Origin: Candidatus Poribacteria bacterium
GTDB lineage: Bacteria; Poribacteria; WGA-4E; WGA-3G
Direction of reading: 5' to 3'
Assembly: GCA_028821605.1 (NCBI GenBank)
Contig: JAPPFM010000056.1
Location: 135,466-199,465, forward strand
Length of the DNA stretch: 64,000 bases
A program made the position numbers and the translations under genes. Position 1 is the first letter of the stretch. Each line of letters starts with the position of its first letter. This document shows, piece after piece, positions 9,100 through 19,119 of this stretch. The notes beneath the pieces are model-generated. The model was given only the letters and a program-made list of their open reading frames with translations. It searched no databases and was not told the DNA's origin.

Positions 9100-11141
9100 C
9101 CCTTGAGCAACTCGTCACTTGTGGATTGGAAAAAGCAGAGGCGTTGCAGATAACCGAAGCCGTCAATCGGATATTGCCAACACAGTCCCCAACAGCCTGC
9201 TGGTACGAAATTTCGCGCTACATCCTCACGCCACAACACCCGTTTGCCCTGCACCAATTGCTTTATGAAACAGTATACGCCGACTTTGATCGTACGACAC
9301 ACGGTCCTCCACCTGCATGGTTTCCTACAGATGAAGACATCACCGAAGCAAATATAACGCGTCTAATGGCGGAATTACACATCAAAACCTACCCTGAGTT
9401 TCATGCCTGGTCAATTGCCAATCGTGACACGTTTTGGCAGATGATGATCGACACATTGGGGATCAAAGCAGCAGGCGTATATCCGAAGGCACAACGAGAC
9501 GCAACGGGTATCGCAACAAAACTTGCGAAGCTCAACATCGTCGAAAGCTGCTTTAAGGCACCTAACGATGCCATCGCGATTGTTGCCCAACGCGAAAACG
9601 ACGAAAGGCTGCAAACGCTCACCTATCAGGAACTGGAATCTCTCACAAATCGGGTTGCAAACGGACTTGTTGAAATCGGTATGGAGCAAGGCGACGCTAT
9701 AGCAATTGACATGCCGATGACTGCTGAATCTGTCGCTGTCTATTTGGGGATTGTCAAAGCAGGATGTGTTGTTGTTGGTATTGCCGATAGTTTTGCACCG
9801 GATGAGATAGCTACCCGTCTCCGTATTGGCAATGCAAAAGCAATCTTCACACAGGATTATATCAACAGAGCAAGTAAACGTCTCCCGTTGTATGAAAAGG
9901 TTATCGCTGCAAATGCCCCGAAAGCGATTGTTTTTTCTTCTGAAGGCGGTGACACTGTTGCGCGACCTCAACGTGAAGACGATATGACGTGGGGCGACTT
10001 CCTTAGTGACATGGAGACCTTCACTGCTGTTCCGTGCCATCCTGATGCACATACCAATATCCTTTTCTCCTCCGGCACCACTGGCGAACCGAAGGCGATT
10101 CCGTGGACACATACCACACCGATTAAAACCGCCGTAGATGCCTACCTACACCACGACATTCACCCCGGCGATGTGCTGGCATGGTACACAAATCTCGGTT
10201 GGATGATGGGACCTTGGCTCATCTACGCCAGTTTCATCAACAAAGCCACTATCGCCTTATATGATGGCGTGCCAACTGGGCGTGGCTTCGGTGTTTTTGT
10301 CCAAAATGCGGAGGTCAGCATGCTCGGTGTCGTGCCTACCCTTGTCCGCGCATGGAAGAATACAGGGTGTATGCACGGGCTGGACTGGCGTGCGATTCGA
10401 GCGTTCAGTTCGACGGGTGAATGCTCTAATCCGGAGGAGATGCTTTTCCTCATGTCCCTCGCTGACTATAAGCCGGTGATTGAATACTGTGGTGGCACCG
10501 AAATCGGAGGCGGTTATATCACTGGCACACGCGTCCAACCCGCTGCACCTTCTATGTTCACAACGCCAGCACTCGGTGTGGATTTCCTACTCTTTGATGG
10601 GAACGGGAAACCGACAGAAAACGGCGAAGTTTTCATCATCCCACCCTCGCTCGGTCTCTCTACGAGTTTGCTCAACGCTGACCACAATGAAGTCTATTTT
10701 GCAGGAACGCCGCAACCCAATCTACGCCGCCACGGCGATGCGATTGAGCGGTTAGGCAATGGCTTTGAAACCGAACCTTGGCTTGCGGGGATTAAATATC
10801 GCGTTCACGGTCGGGTTGACGATACGATGAACCTGAGCGGTATTAAGGTAAGTTCGGCAGAGATTGAAGAGGTGCTTAACGTCGTCAGTGAGGTACAGGA
10901 GACAGCAGCGGTCGCTGTCTCACCGAAAGATGGCGGTCCGAGTCAACTCGTCATCTACGCCGTGCTGACAGTATCAGAAACAGCACCCACAAAACAAGAA
11001 CTTCACACGACGTTGCAAACCGCGCTTTCCGCCCATCTCAACCCGTTATTCAGAATTCACGAGGTCGTTATCGTAAACGCATTACCGCGAACCGCTTCTA
11101 ATAAAATTATGCGTCGTCTTTTGCGCCAGCAAGCGATGTGA
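9093..11141 (+). CDS. AMP-binding acyl-CoA synthetase (acetyl-/acetoacetyl-CoA synthetase-like)
   Basis: AMP-binding signature LFSSGTTGEPKAIPWTH, an N-terminal ACS/AACS-like region (ANITRLMAELHIKTYPEFHAWSIANRDTFWQ) and a C-terminal SNKIMRRLL. The ATG overlaps the upstream Uma2 stop by 7 bp. Confidence 0.8.
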   Translation: MLTLEQLVTCGLEKAEALQITEAVNRILPTQSPTACWYEISRYILTPQHPFALHQLLYETVYADFDRTTHGPPPAWFPTDEDITEANITRLMAELHIKTYPEFHAWSIANRDTFWQMMIDTLGIKAAGVYPKAQRDATGIATKLAKLNIVESCFKAPNDAIAIVAQRENDERLQTLTYQELESLTNRVANGLVEIGMEQGDAIAIDMPMTAESVAVYLGIVKAGCVVVGIADSFAPDEIATRLRIGNAKAIFTQDYINRASKRLPLYEKVIAANAPKAIVFSSEGGDTVARPQREDDMTWGDFLSDMETFTAVPCHPDAHTNILFSSGTTGEPKAIPWTHTTPIKTAVDAYLHHDIHPGDVLAWYTNLGWMMGPWLIYASFINKATIALYDGVPTGRGFGVFVQNAEVSMLGVVPTLVRAWKNTGCMHGLDWRAIRAFSSTGECSNPEEMLFLMSLADYKPVIEYCGGTEIGGGYITGTRVQPAAPSMFTTPALGVDFLLFDGNGKPTENGEVFIIPPSLGLSTSLLNADHNEVYFAGTPQPNLRRHGDAIERLGNGFETEPWLAGIKYRVHGRVDDTMNLSGIKVSSAEIEEVLNVVSEVQETAAVAVSPKDGGPSQLVIYAVLTVSETAPTKQELHTTLQTALSAHLNPLFRIHEVVIVNALPRTASNKIMRRLLRQQAM

Positions 11142-11248
11142 CCTTTGCAAAAAGATTGACTTATGCAATTTTTTTAGGTATACTTAACAGATACCCGAGT
11201 GACATACACTTGTTTTTTCTATCACTTTGTGGAAAAGGAGATGTTCTG

Positions 11249-11992
11249 ATGGAAACGCACCCCAATGCACGCCACATCCCTTACGCTCCCACAGAAACTG
11301 CCGACCTATACCCTGAATCGGATGGAAAACCTATGGCTGAGACGGATATGCACGCAGTGGCTATCATCGATTTACGGCAACGTTTTGACGGCTTCTTCGC
11401 GGATAACCCGGATACTTATGTATCGGGGACTCTCATGATGTATGATATAGAGGGCCCCAGCCGCACAGCCGTCTCACCCGATATCCTCGTCTCTTTCGGC
11501 ATAGGCAAGAAACTCCGCCGCACCTATAAGGTGTGGGAAGAGGGAAAGCCGCCAGACTTCGTGATGGAGTTTTCGAGCAAAGGAACGTTTCAAAATGACT
11601 TAGGGCATAAAAAGGCACATTACGCGTCAATGGGAATACCGGAGTATTTTCTCTGCGATATAGATAGACGCTATCTGCCCACGCCGCTGATGGGGTTTCG
11701 CCTCAAAGGTGAGACTTATGAGCGGATACCCGAGAACGTAGATGGTAGTATTCCTTCTGTGACGTTAGGCGTATCGTTCCATCTGTTGGATGAGGGGTTA
11801 GCCGTTTATGCGGAAGCGATGGAACACTGGCTGCAAACGCCTGCAGAGGCAGCAGAGGCAGCAGAGCAGCGTGCGGAACAAGAAGCCGCCGCACACGCGC
11901 GTGAAGCCGCCGCACGCGCCGAAGCGGAAGCGGAAGTCTCGCGCCTGCGCGAGGAGCTCGAGCATCTCAAAGCGCGCTTGTCAGATGACTAA
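11249..11992 (+). CDS. Uma2 family (DUF820) protein with C-terminal Ala/Glu-rich coiled-coil tail
   Basis: Starts METHPNARHIPYAPTETADLYPESDGKPMAETDMH with SD aaggag 7 nt upstream; the track ORF start at 11138 lacks an RBS. The C-terminal tail is AEAAEAAEQRAEQEAAAHAREAAARAEAEAEVSRLREELEHLKARL. Confidence 0.75.
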   Translation: METHPNARHIPYAPTETADLYPESDGKPMAETDMHAVAIIDLRQRFDGFFADNPDTYVSGTLMMYDIEGPSRTAVSPDILVSFGIGKKLRRTYKVWEEGKPPDFVMEFSSKGTFQNDLGHKKAHYASMGIPEYFLCDIDRRYLPTPLMGFRLKGETYERIPENVDGSIPSVTLGVSFHLLDEGLAVYAEAMEHWLQTPAEAAEAAEQRAEQEAAAHAREAAARAEAEAEVSRLREELEHLKARLSDD

Positions 11993-12060
11993 CGCTTGAT
12001 GCGCGCAGCCCCAAAATTTCGTACTATATTAGAAAATCACGCACTTGCAATGGAGACCAC

Positions 12061-13276
12061 TATGGAAAAACAGTTCAAAGTTAGAGCAGCACATTGTGAT
12101 TATCGCGCAACGGAAGAGGAAATCTATCAAACACTCCGTCGCATCACCGACCCGCTCACCCGTGCTTGGAAACCGATTGAAACCGCCAAGAAGGTGGTCA
12201 TGAAATTCAACATGATGAAGCCACCTGAGCGGATTATCTATTACGAGGGTCGGCGCCGAGAATTAGTAGATGATGCCACCTGCCGTGCCGTGCTGCGGTT
12301 GATTAAGGAGCATACGACAGCGCAGCTTATCGCGACTGACACAAACCCCTACACGCATGGACATCGGATGCCGCCTGATTTCAATTACCTGCACCATTTG
12401 AAAGAATTTGATGTGCAGTTCGTTGATTCCAACTTACCACCTTTCAAGGACTACGATGTGCCCGGCGGCGGTTCAATGTTTGACCGCTACACGTTGAGTG
12501 CGTGTTTCGACGATGCGGATGCGGTCGTCTCCGTGGCGAAGATGAAGAACCACGCCTTCATGGGGATTACCTTATGCACCAAAAACCTGTTCGGATTGCC
12601 GCCGATGCTCCTTCCAGAAGGGAGGACACGCAGTTATTACCACCATCTCATCCGCCTCTCCTATGTGCTTCCAGACCTGGCACTCATTACGAAGCCGTGT
12701 CTCAATATCATTGACGCATTGACCGGACAGTGGGGACGCGAATGGGGCGGCGAGGGCAGAATCTGTAACGCACTCATCGCGGGTGACCATCCAATCTCCA
12801 CCGATACTGTTGGGATGTACTTGATGGGACACGATCCGGCATCCGATTGGCCCACACCACCGTTCAAACGCGATCGGAACCATATCCTCATCGCTGCGCA
12901 GCGTGGATACGGCACTGTTAACCTCGATGACATCGATTGGGAGAGTGAAGTCACGGCACCCTTAGCGGAGTTTGATTCTGTCGAAACAGATACTCCTGAA
13001 ACAGTCGCGAACTGGCGACGGACAACGTGTGAGCAGGGGTTGGTCTATCAAGAAAATCAGAAAGAACTCATTGACCGGTATCGAGACAACTTCATCTATA
13101 TGCAAGGCGGTGAAGTCGTTTGGAGCGGACCGGATCCGTCGAATCTCGGCAGCCGTCGGCAGCTAAGCGGTAAAAAGAAGGACAGTGCGCTCTGGCTCAA
13201 GCTCGTTGATGCTGAGGAACATGAAGGTGAACGTTTTAACGTCTATGACGAGTGCTTGAAAGACTTTGCTGCATAA
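12061..13276 (+). CDS. DUF362-like domain protein (hypothetical)
   Basis: The K-V-V-M-K-F-N-M-M-K-P motif resembles the DUF362 N-terminal strand. The start is placed at MEKQF, which has a GGAG 7 nt upstream; 11996 and 12049 are alternative starts. Confidence 0.4.
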
Positions 13277-13386
13277 ATTCCTTTGTCTGAATCTCGGATT
13301 ATCATGGATGACGCCGATTTTAAGAGGTTTCTGACTTGAGAAAGACAGTCCACTTTGGATAGAAAAGTTAAGAAGGAGCGTTCAAA

Positions 13387-14139
13387 ATGGGTATCACCGA
13401 CGCGCAAAAGAAGCAATTGGACGAACAGGGGTGCATCGTCATTCCAGACGTGCTTTCCGACGAGGAGATTGAGGTCTATAGAGCCGATATTCTCAGGTTG
13501 GCAGAAGAGGAGAAGCAGAACGGGTTGGCGCGTCAACATACCGACGGGCGTGGACAGCATGTCCGTTGGTTGGTGAACAAGGGACAGATGTATGAGAAAC
13601 TCGTTGCCAGACCCAAAGTGATGCCCTTCTTTGAGCACCTCCTTGGTCCCGATTATACGTTGAGCACGCTTACCTCGAACATTATTGATCCGGGCGCACC
13701 AGATGGTGGCTACCACGTTGATAGCGTGTTAGGGTCTATGCCGGAGCCGCTGCCCAGTTTCCCACTGGTCGCCAACAGCCTCTGGCTGCTCGACGATTTC
13801 ACACCGGAGAACGGTGGTACACGTCACGTCCCCGGTATCCATCTTCAGCGAATTAAACCGCCCCCAGGCACGACGCACCACCCCGATGAGGTCCGACTCT
13901 CTGCCCCGAAAGGTTCCGTATTCCTGTTCAACGGTGCGATCTGGCATTCTGCGGGTGCCAACAAAACTGATCGGCAGCGCATCGCGTTGATCTGTTTCTG
14001 TTGCCGTTCTTTTATCAAACCGATGTTTGACTTCGTGCATCATCTCAACCCGGAAGTCGTCGAGCGCGCCACCCCAACCATGCGCCGAATCTACGGGTTT
14101 GATTCCCAACCTCAACCCCCAGATCAACCCACGCGGTAA
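13387..14139 (+). CDS. phytanoyl-CoA dioxygenase (PhyH) family Fe(II)/2-oxoglutarate oxygenase
   Basis: Facial-triad context GGYHVDS ... AIWHSAGAN, with an arginine in KTDRQRIAL. Confidence 0.75.
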   Translation: MGITDAQKKQLDEQGCIVIPDVLSDEEIEVYRADILRLAEEEKQNGLARQHTDGRGQHVRWLVNKGQMYEKLVARPKVMPFFEHLLGPDYTLSTLTSNIIDPGAPDGGYHVDSVLGSMPEPLPSFPLVANSLWLLDDFTPENGGTRHVPGIHLQRIKPPPGTTHHPDEVRLSAPKGSVFLFNGAIWHSAGANKTDRQRIALICFCCRSFIKPMFDFVHHLNPEVVERATPTMRRIYGFDSQPQPPDQPTR

Positions 14140-14186
14140 TTACATTTCACTGACGGGGTTTCTTAACTTCTCCTTTCATGATGGAT

Positions 14187-14212
14187 GCCCTCTTCGTTGG
14201 CGAGGGTTTTGG
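14187..14212 (+). terminator. weak intrinsic terminator (gccctc-ttcgttggc-gagggtttt)
   Basis: 5-6-bp stem, 9-nt loop, then TTTT, 48 nt after the PhyH stop. Confidence 0.35.
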
Positions 14213-14513
14213 AAGAACTCACACGCGGTTCTTCCTAACCTCGCAAATAAAACTGTACCCTTAACCGTAAATCTCACGTTATAACTTAAAGCGCATGCTT
14301 TAGCAATTTCTGACCTTTATGCAATAACCTATAAAAGGTCGTTATCTGATACCATTTTTAATTGAATACCTTTCAATGTGCATGTAGCATAAACTTTTAG
14401 TTTGTGCCACCCTATTTCCTTTCAGAAAAGTTGTTCATGCGATATTTATTTTCAGAAATGGTATGAGAACTGAATAATCGCTTCCTAAAAGGAGAACAAG
14501 AGGAGATTCTATT

Positions 14514-14939
14514 ATGACTATGATAACCGTTCAGTGGCAGAGATGTCTCAAGAACTCTCTTTGGTGTCAATTCAATGAAAAACTCTTGAGCAATGGTCGT
14601 TTTGAGACCCGTCTCGGTGACCATAGTGTCAATATTAGCGGCATCTATATCATCTGGACAGGGATTGACAACCGCACGGTACTTAAAGTCGGAAGCGGAA
14701 TTATTAAGGATAAATTGGAAGAACATCTCAGAGATCCTGAAATTCAAGCCTATAAACCTACACGATTATACGCTACGTGGGCTTCTACTCTATCTGTAAT
14801 TGGAGCAGAAGAGATCCAAAAAGGCGTAGAGAAGTTTCTTGATATTGTATTTAAACCGAAATTGGTAGAACACTTACCTGATGTTGATCTTGTAATGGTC
14901 AACCTACCTCGGTGGAATAAACCGGTGCCCCCACTGTGA
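14514..14939 (+). CDS. GIY-YIG nuclease-domain small protein (UPF0213/YhbQ-like core with 40-aa N-terminal extension)
   Basis: Motifs SGIYIIW...VLKVGSG.IKDKLEEH follow the GIY-YIG consensus. A good SD gaggag lies 9 nt upstream. The antisense ORF 14412..14747 was rejected. Confidence 0.45.
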   Translation: MTMITVQWQRCLKNSLWCQFNEKLLSNGRFETRLGDHSVNISGIYIIWTGIDNRTVLKVGSGIIKDKLEEHLRDPEIQAYKPTRLYATWASTLSVIGAEEIQKGVEKFLDIVFKPKLVEHLPDVDLVMVNLPRWNKPVPPL

Positions 14940-15178
14940 GAAGTCCAACTATAGTGGATTTCAAAATTGATGAAACACGCCACAGCGGGCGAGGGAATCT
15001 TGCCCCTACGAGAGGTGGTCTCCGCGCAACCCTGACATAGGAGATTGCCTGCTGTGTTTCTAACCTCACCTAATTCCGAAAACCGGTAATTGTCCTTTCC
15101 TCATACAAGAGCAGGCTCCAACTCGCGATCATGGAACCAACAGAAACCCGCATGGCTCTGGCTATGTCTTGTTTTTAC

Positions 15179-15208
15179 TTGCCTTCATCAGAATTGGCAT
15201 GCTATACT
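15179..15208 (+). promoter_or_regulatory. sigma70-like promoter candidate (TTGCCT-18 nt-TATACT) upstream of the RM-fusion gene
   Basis: The hexamers are read directly from the sequence, 59 nt upstream of the ATG at 15267. Confidence 0.3.
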
Positions 15209-15266
15209 GATGCCATATCCACGTCCTTTTTTAATGACCCAAGCCTAAATATTTACAGAAAATATC

Positions 15267-18224
15267 ATGCCAAACCGACGCGAAACAACAATCACAAATG
15301 AATTGGTGAACATCTTACGAAACATGCGCCACGGATGGGAGCTCGAAACGGAAGTCAACGCTTTCATCCGAGGCAATAGCGAACTTGATGCCATTGTCAT
15401 TGAACACGGTAGAGAACCCGTCGGGATTGAAGCAAAATTCGCAACCACCACCAATGCCAGAAATTTGATTGAACAGGCAGAAACAAGGCTTGTTCTGGAA
15501 CTTGAAACGGAATATCATGTCGTTGGAAAAACGCTCAATAACGTCATGGCAATCCTGTACCCTGACCGTTTTAAGACGATGCAGGGAAAGGATATCAACC
15601 CACACCTACGCGCTGCGGATGACCTACAATACAAACTCGTCAATACAGTCGGTAATACCGTAGGACACTTCCCAGAAAATGGATGGGCGGAAGGCACTGT
15701 AGGCGACATCGCAAACGCGCTCCACGTTGGCGCAATGCCGACCTCTCAACTTGAAGAGGCAGCGGAAGAGATGGAGAAAAGTATCAACAAGGCAGCTTAC
15801 CTTCTTGAAGATGCTATCGTTGATCATCCTGCCATCGCCAAGAAAATTGAGACGATTCTGCACCAAGAGGTTTCCTCTAAAACGGAAGATAACACAGAAG
15901 AAAAACCGAATGTCCAGACACTCCGCATGGCAGCATTGATTATCACCGATGCTTTTGTCTTCCAAAGTTCCCTTGCCGGTAAAGCAGAGATGGAATCTGT
16001 TCGCTCACTCCGACAACTCCTACCGATAATTGATTATGCTGATGTTATTGAGGACTGGAACACGATTCTCAAGGTTAATTATCGCCCAATCTTTGAGGAT
16101 GCCCGAAACCTCGTTGAGGCACTCGCTACGGATGACAGACTTGTCAAATATATCTTAAAACTCCTCTGTGAGGCTGCAAAAGACCTTGTTGATACCGGTA
16201 TTGCCCAGATTCACGAACTCGCGGGTATTGTGTTCCAAAAACTCATCACCGACAGGAAATACGTCAAGGCGAACTATACGCTTCCCGAAAGCGCGGTGCT
16301 GCTCTCCACCCTTGTGATGCCTGAACTGCCGAAGGGTAAACTCCCGAAAGTGGCAGACTTCGCTTGCGGAACAGGGGCACTCCTCAACGGTGTCTATCAA
16401 CGTATTCTGTCTCTGTATGAGCAATCGGGCGGCAACGGTAAAGACATCCATCAGCGAATGTTAGAGAAGCACATCGGTGGTGTAGATATTATGCCGAATG
16501 CGACACACCTCACCGCTGCTGCGCTTGCGAGTACGTATGCAGGTGTCAAAATCGGCGGCACGCAAATAGTTACTGCCCCTTACGGTGTAATCGATACTGG
16601 CGGCTACGCGATCGGCTCATTGGAATTGCTTGATGATATAAAACTATTTGACACAGAGGCAGAGCAGATAGGCGGTGAGGAAAATACCGTCGTTAAACTC
16701 CAACAGACATTCCAACACGGTGATATTGATATTGTCATACAAAATCCTCCCTTCACAAGGCCGGGATCGGATAGCAATACCGAGGTGCCAAAATCTACTT
16801 TCCAAGGCAGTGATCGACCCAAAGAAGATCAGAAGTTGATGCAGGCCACGCTGAAATCTAAAAATACAAGAGTAACTGATGGCGCTAACGGCTTCGTTTC
16901 TGCTTTCGTAGACCTTGCTGACAAAAAACTGAGGAACGGTGGTACAATGGGTTTCATTTTGCCACTGACAGTGTTGAGATCTCCGACTACGCAAGAACTG
17001 CGCGATATGTGGGCAAACGAATACCACAACGTAGTCGTGATAACCATGGCGCAGGCAAAAGCAGAAGACTGCACATTCTCTGCAGACACAACTATGGCAG
17101 AATGTATCATTGTCGCAACGAAAGGCATAGATGAAAACACTGGACGTGGGAAGTTTATCTGTCTTGCTGATAAACCACATAGTTCTCTTGAATCCGTTGA
17201 AATAGCAAATCGGGTTAATAGAAGCGACGAAGCACGAAGACTTGAAGATGCCCCTAACGGCGGTGATACTATTAACGTTGGAAACACAAATAACGGTCTA
17301 ATGTTGGATTGCCCAATCAAAGAAGGTGTTCCGTGGATCGCAACACGAGCAAGATCCGTGGCATTACTACAGATGGCAAACAAGCTGACAATTGGGAAAC
17401 TGCACTTTCCGATGTCAAGAGAGACTTTACCGATTCACATTTGCCAAGTACAAGATATTGCAAAGGTGGGTTCAGCAGATTCTTATCGGGAAAAAGATGG
17501 CCCGTTTATTATGGTTGAGGATTATGAGCCAAATAGTGATGGTTATGACGCATTGTGGAGAGTTGATGCTCCTTTACAGCGTGCTATGATTGCCGCACCG
17601 GATTCTACTGCGATACCACGTTCAAATGACAATGCTATGGTCAAGCGGATTTTAGACTGTTTCAGCAGAACTCACTATCATATTAATCTGAGATTTACCT
17701 CAAATTCGATTATTTCTTCCTTGACAGAAAAGCCCTCCATCGGTGTACGTTCAATGATTAACGTTTTACTCAATGACCAGCGTCACGAAATTGCTTGGAC
17801 GGTGTGGTGCAACTCAAGTTTAGGTTTGTTTTGTCACTGGGCACACAGCAGTAAACAACAGATGGGACGTGGCACCCTACGTCAACAAACATTAGAGACA
17901 CTGCCTACGCTGGATGTCCGTCAACTCTCCGATGAGGCGTTAGCAAACGCTGAAAAGGTGTTTGAACGGTTGAAATATAAACGTATGCTGCCTTTCAATG
18001 AGTGCGATCATGACCCCGTACGCAAAGAATTAGACTGCTGTCTACTAACAGAGGTGTTGGGAATTACGAGCGATAACGTGCTTGAATCCATGCAGACACT
18101 CCGCGAGATGCTCTGTGCTGAACCGAGTATTCACGGTGGGAAACAGTCTAAGTGCGACCTTGATACCGAGTTGGCGATGCTTAAGAAGAAGCGGATTGCT
18201 TTTCCGAGTTGGTATGTTGATTAA
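15267..18224 (+). CDS. MmeI-like single-chain restriction-modification enzyme candidate (Type IIG/IIL): N-terminal PD-ExK nuclease, gamma-class N6-adenine MTase, C-terminal TRD
   Basis: Order of motifs: D41...E55-A-K57 (ELDAIVIEHGREPVGIEAKF), then MTase motif I DFACGTGALL, motif IV NPPF, and GGTMGFILP, followed by about 380 aa of presumed target-recognition domain. The 985-aa length and domain order match MmeI-family enzymes. Confidence 0.65.
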   Translation: MPNRRETTITNELVNILRNMRHGWELETEVNAFIRGNSELDAIVIEHGREPVGIEAKFATTTNARNLIEQAETRLVLELETEYHVVGKTLNNVMAILYPDRFKTMQGKDINPHLRAADDLQYKLVNTVGNTVGHFPENGWAEGTVGDIANALHVGAMPTSQLEEAAEEMEKSINKAAYLLEDAIVDHPAIAKKIETILHQEVSSKTEDNTEEKPNVQTLRMAALIITDAFVFQSSLAGKAEMESVRSLRQLLPIIDYADVIEDWNTILKVNYRPIFEDARNLVEALATDDRLVKYILKLLCEAAKDLVDTGIAQIHELAGIVFQKLITDRKYVKANYTLPESAVLLSTLVMPELPKGKLPKVADFACGTGALLNGVYQRILSLYEQSGGNGKDIHQRMLEKHIGGVDIMPNATHLTAAALASTYAGVKIGGTQIVTAPYGVIDTGGYAIGSLELLDDIKLFDTEAEQIGGEENTVVKLQQTFQHGDIDIVIQNPPFTRPGSDSNTEVPKSTFQGSDRPKEDQKLMQATLKSKNTRVTDGANGFVSAFVDLADKKLRNGGTMGFILPLTVLRSPTTQELRDMWANEYHNVVVITMAQAKAEDCTFSADTTMAECIIVATKGIDENTGRGKFICLADKPHSSLESVEIANRVNRSDEARRLEDAPNGGDTINVGNTNNGLMLDCPIKEGVPWIATRARSVALLQMANKLTIGKLHFPMSRETLPIHICQVQDIAKVGSADSYREKDGPFIMVEDYEPNSDGYDALWRVDAPLQRAMIAAPDSTAIPRSNDNAMVKRILDCFSRTHYHINLRFTSNSIISSLTEKPSIGVRSMINVLLNDQRHEIAWTVWCNSSLGLFCHWAHSSKQQMGRGTLRQQTLETLPTLDVRQLSDEALANAEKVFERLKYKRMLPFNECDHDPVRKELDCCLLTEVLGITSDNVLESMQTLREMLCAEPSIHGGKQSKCDLDTELAMLKKKRIAFPSWYVD

Positions 18225-18260
18225 TTTAAACTACCTGCAGGAAATCCGGAGAAATAAATT

Positions 18261-19067
18261 ATGCCAAACAAACGGTATCAAGAATTACTATTCTCATCTC
18301 AGAAAAAACTGGATATTTCTGCTGAGCAGATCAGAAAATTAATCCCTACCTCAGGTGAAATAGGTACACTAATTGAAGAAATGTTCAGGTCCTATCTGGC
18401 AGAAGTATTACCTGAAAAAATAGGGATATCAAACGGATTTGTAATGGATTCGGAAGGTGGCGAATCAAGGCAAATGGATATTATCCTATATGATAAAATG
18501 AACACACCTCGCATATTTACCAGTACCGCTGCTCAAGTTTTCCCAGTTGAATCTACATTCGCTTGTGGTGAAATTAAGACTCAACTCAATGCAAGAGAAC
18601 TAAAAGATAGTTTTGAAAAATGCTTAAGTTACAAGAATCTACATCGAAAAGCTTATTTTGATCAAAATGATAGCGATATAAAGTACTTCCATAAATTGTT
18701 CGGAGAAGAAAAAGAACATTGGGAATCAATTTTTTTCACTATTTCTGTTGAGTGTATGACTGGTAGTGGTCTGTTGATGGAATACCAACGTATTATTGAG
18801 GCAGAAAGCCTACCTCTTCATAAGAGAATAGATACAATTTTTTCATTATATAGCACCGATGGGAATAACATAATAGCAAATTGTAGTGAAGAAGGACTCG
18901 ATTTTCTTCCTAATAAGAATGGTCAGTTTCGTGCTATATCAGTGGAAAAATCCTGGGCATTGTTTATCAATCTGTTATTGAGATACATGGTTAACGTACC
19001 CGCGGAACCTATTAATATGATTAAATATGCTGGGAGATCCCTTAGTGATTACGGAATTATAAATTAA
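18261..19067 (+). CDS. AT-rich orphan hypothetical protein with PD-(D/E)xK-like core (QMDIILYD ... ACGEIK)
   Basis: About 35% GC and A/T-ending codons, against about 50% for the window. The putative catalytic strands are D-hydrophobic (MDIILYD) and E-x-K (GEIKTQ). No family could be assigned by eye. Confidence 0.4.
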   Translation: MPNKRYQELLFSSQKKLDISAEQIRKLIPTSGEIGTLIEEMFRSYLAEVLPEKIGISNGFVMDSEGGESRQMDIILYDKMNTPRIFTSTAAQVFPVESTFACGEIKTQLNARELKDSFEKCLSYKNLHRKAYFDQNDSDIKYFHKLFGEEKEHWESIFFTISVECMTGSGLLMEYQRIIEAESLPLHKRIDTIFSLYSTDGNNIIANCSEEGLDFLPNKNGQFRAISVEKSWALFINLLLRYMVNVPAEPINMIKYAGRSLSDYGIIN

Positions 19068-19119
19068 GATTCTGGATCCAGTATATTCTGATCATACTTA
19101 CTATTTTGGAGAGATTGAC

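Noticed and set aside
9411-10112. 233-aa ORF antisense to the AMP-binding synthetase gene
   Set aside because: The opposite strand carries unambiguous AMP-binding motifs over the same bases. The antisense ORF has low-complexity Cys/Arg-rich composition and no RBS.
11138-11248. Extended N-terminus for the second Uma2 gene starting at 11138
   Set aside because: The internal Met at 11249 has a strong aaggag SD and aligns with the N-termini of the other two Uma2 paralogs.
14412-14747. 111-aa minus-strand ORF overlapping the GIY-YIG gene
   Set aside because: The plus-strand ORF has an SD and a GIY-YIG motif pattern. The minus ORF has neither.
16644-17383. 178-aa and 184-aa antisense ORFs inside the RM-fusion gene
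   Set aside because: The sense strand has a continuous 985-aa ORF with ordered MTase motifs. The antisense ORFs are Cys- and Ser-rich junk.
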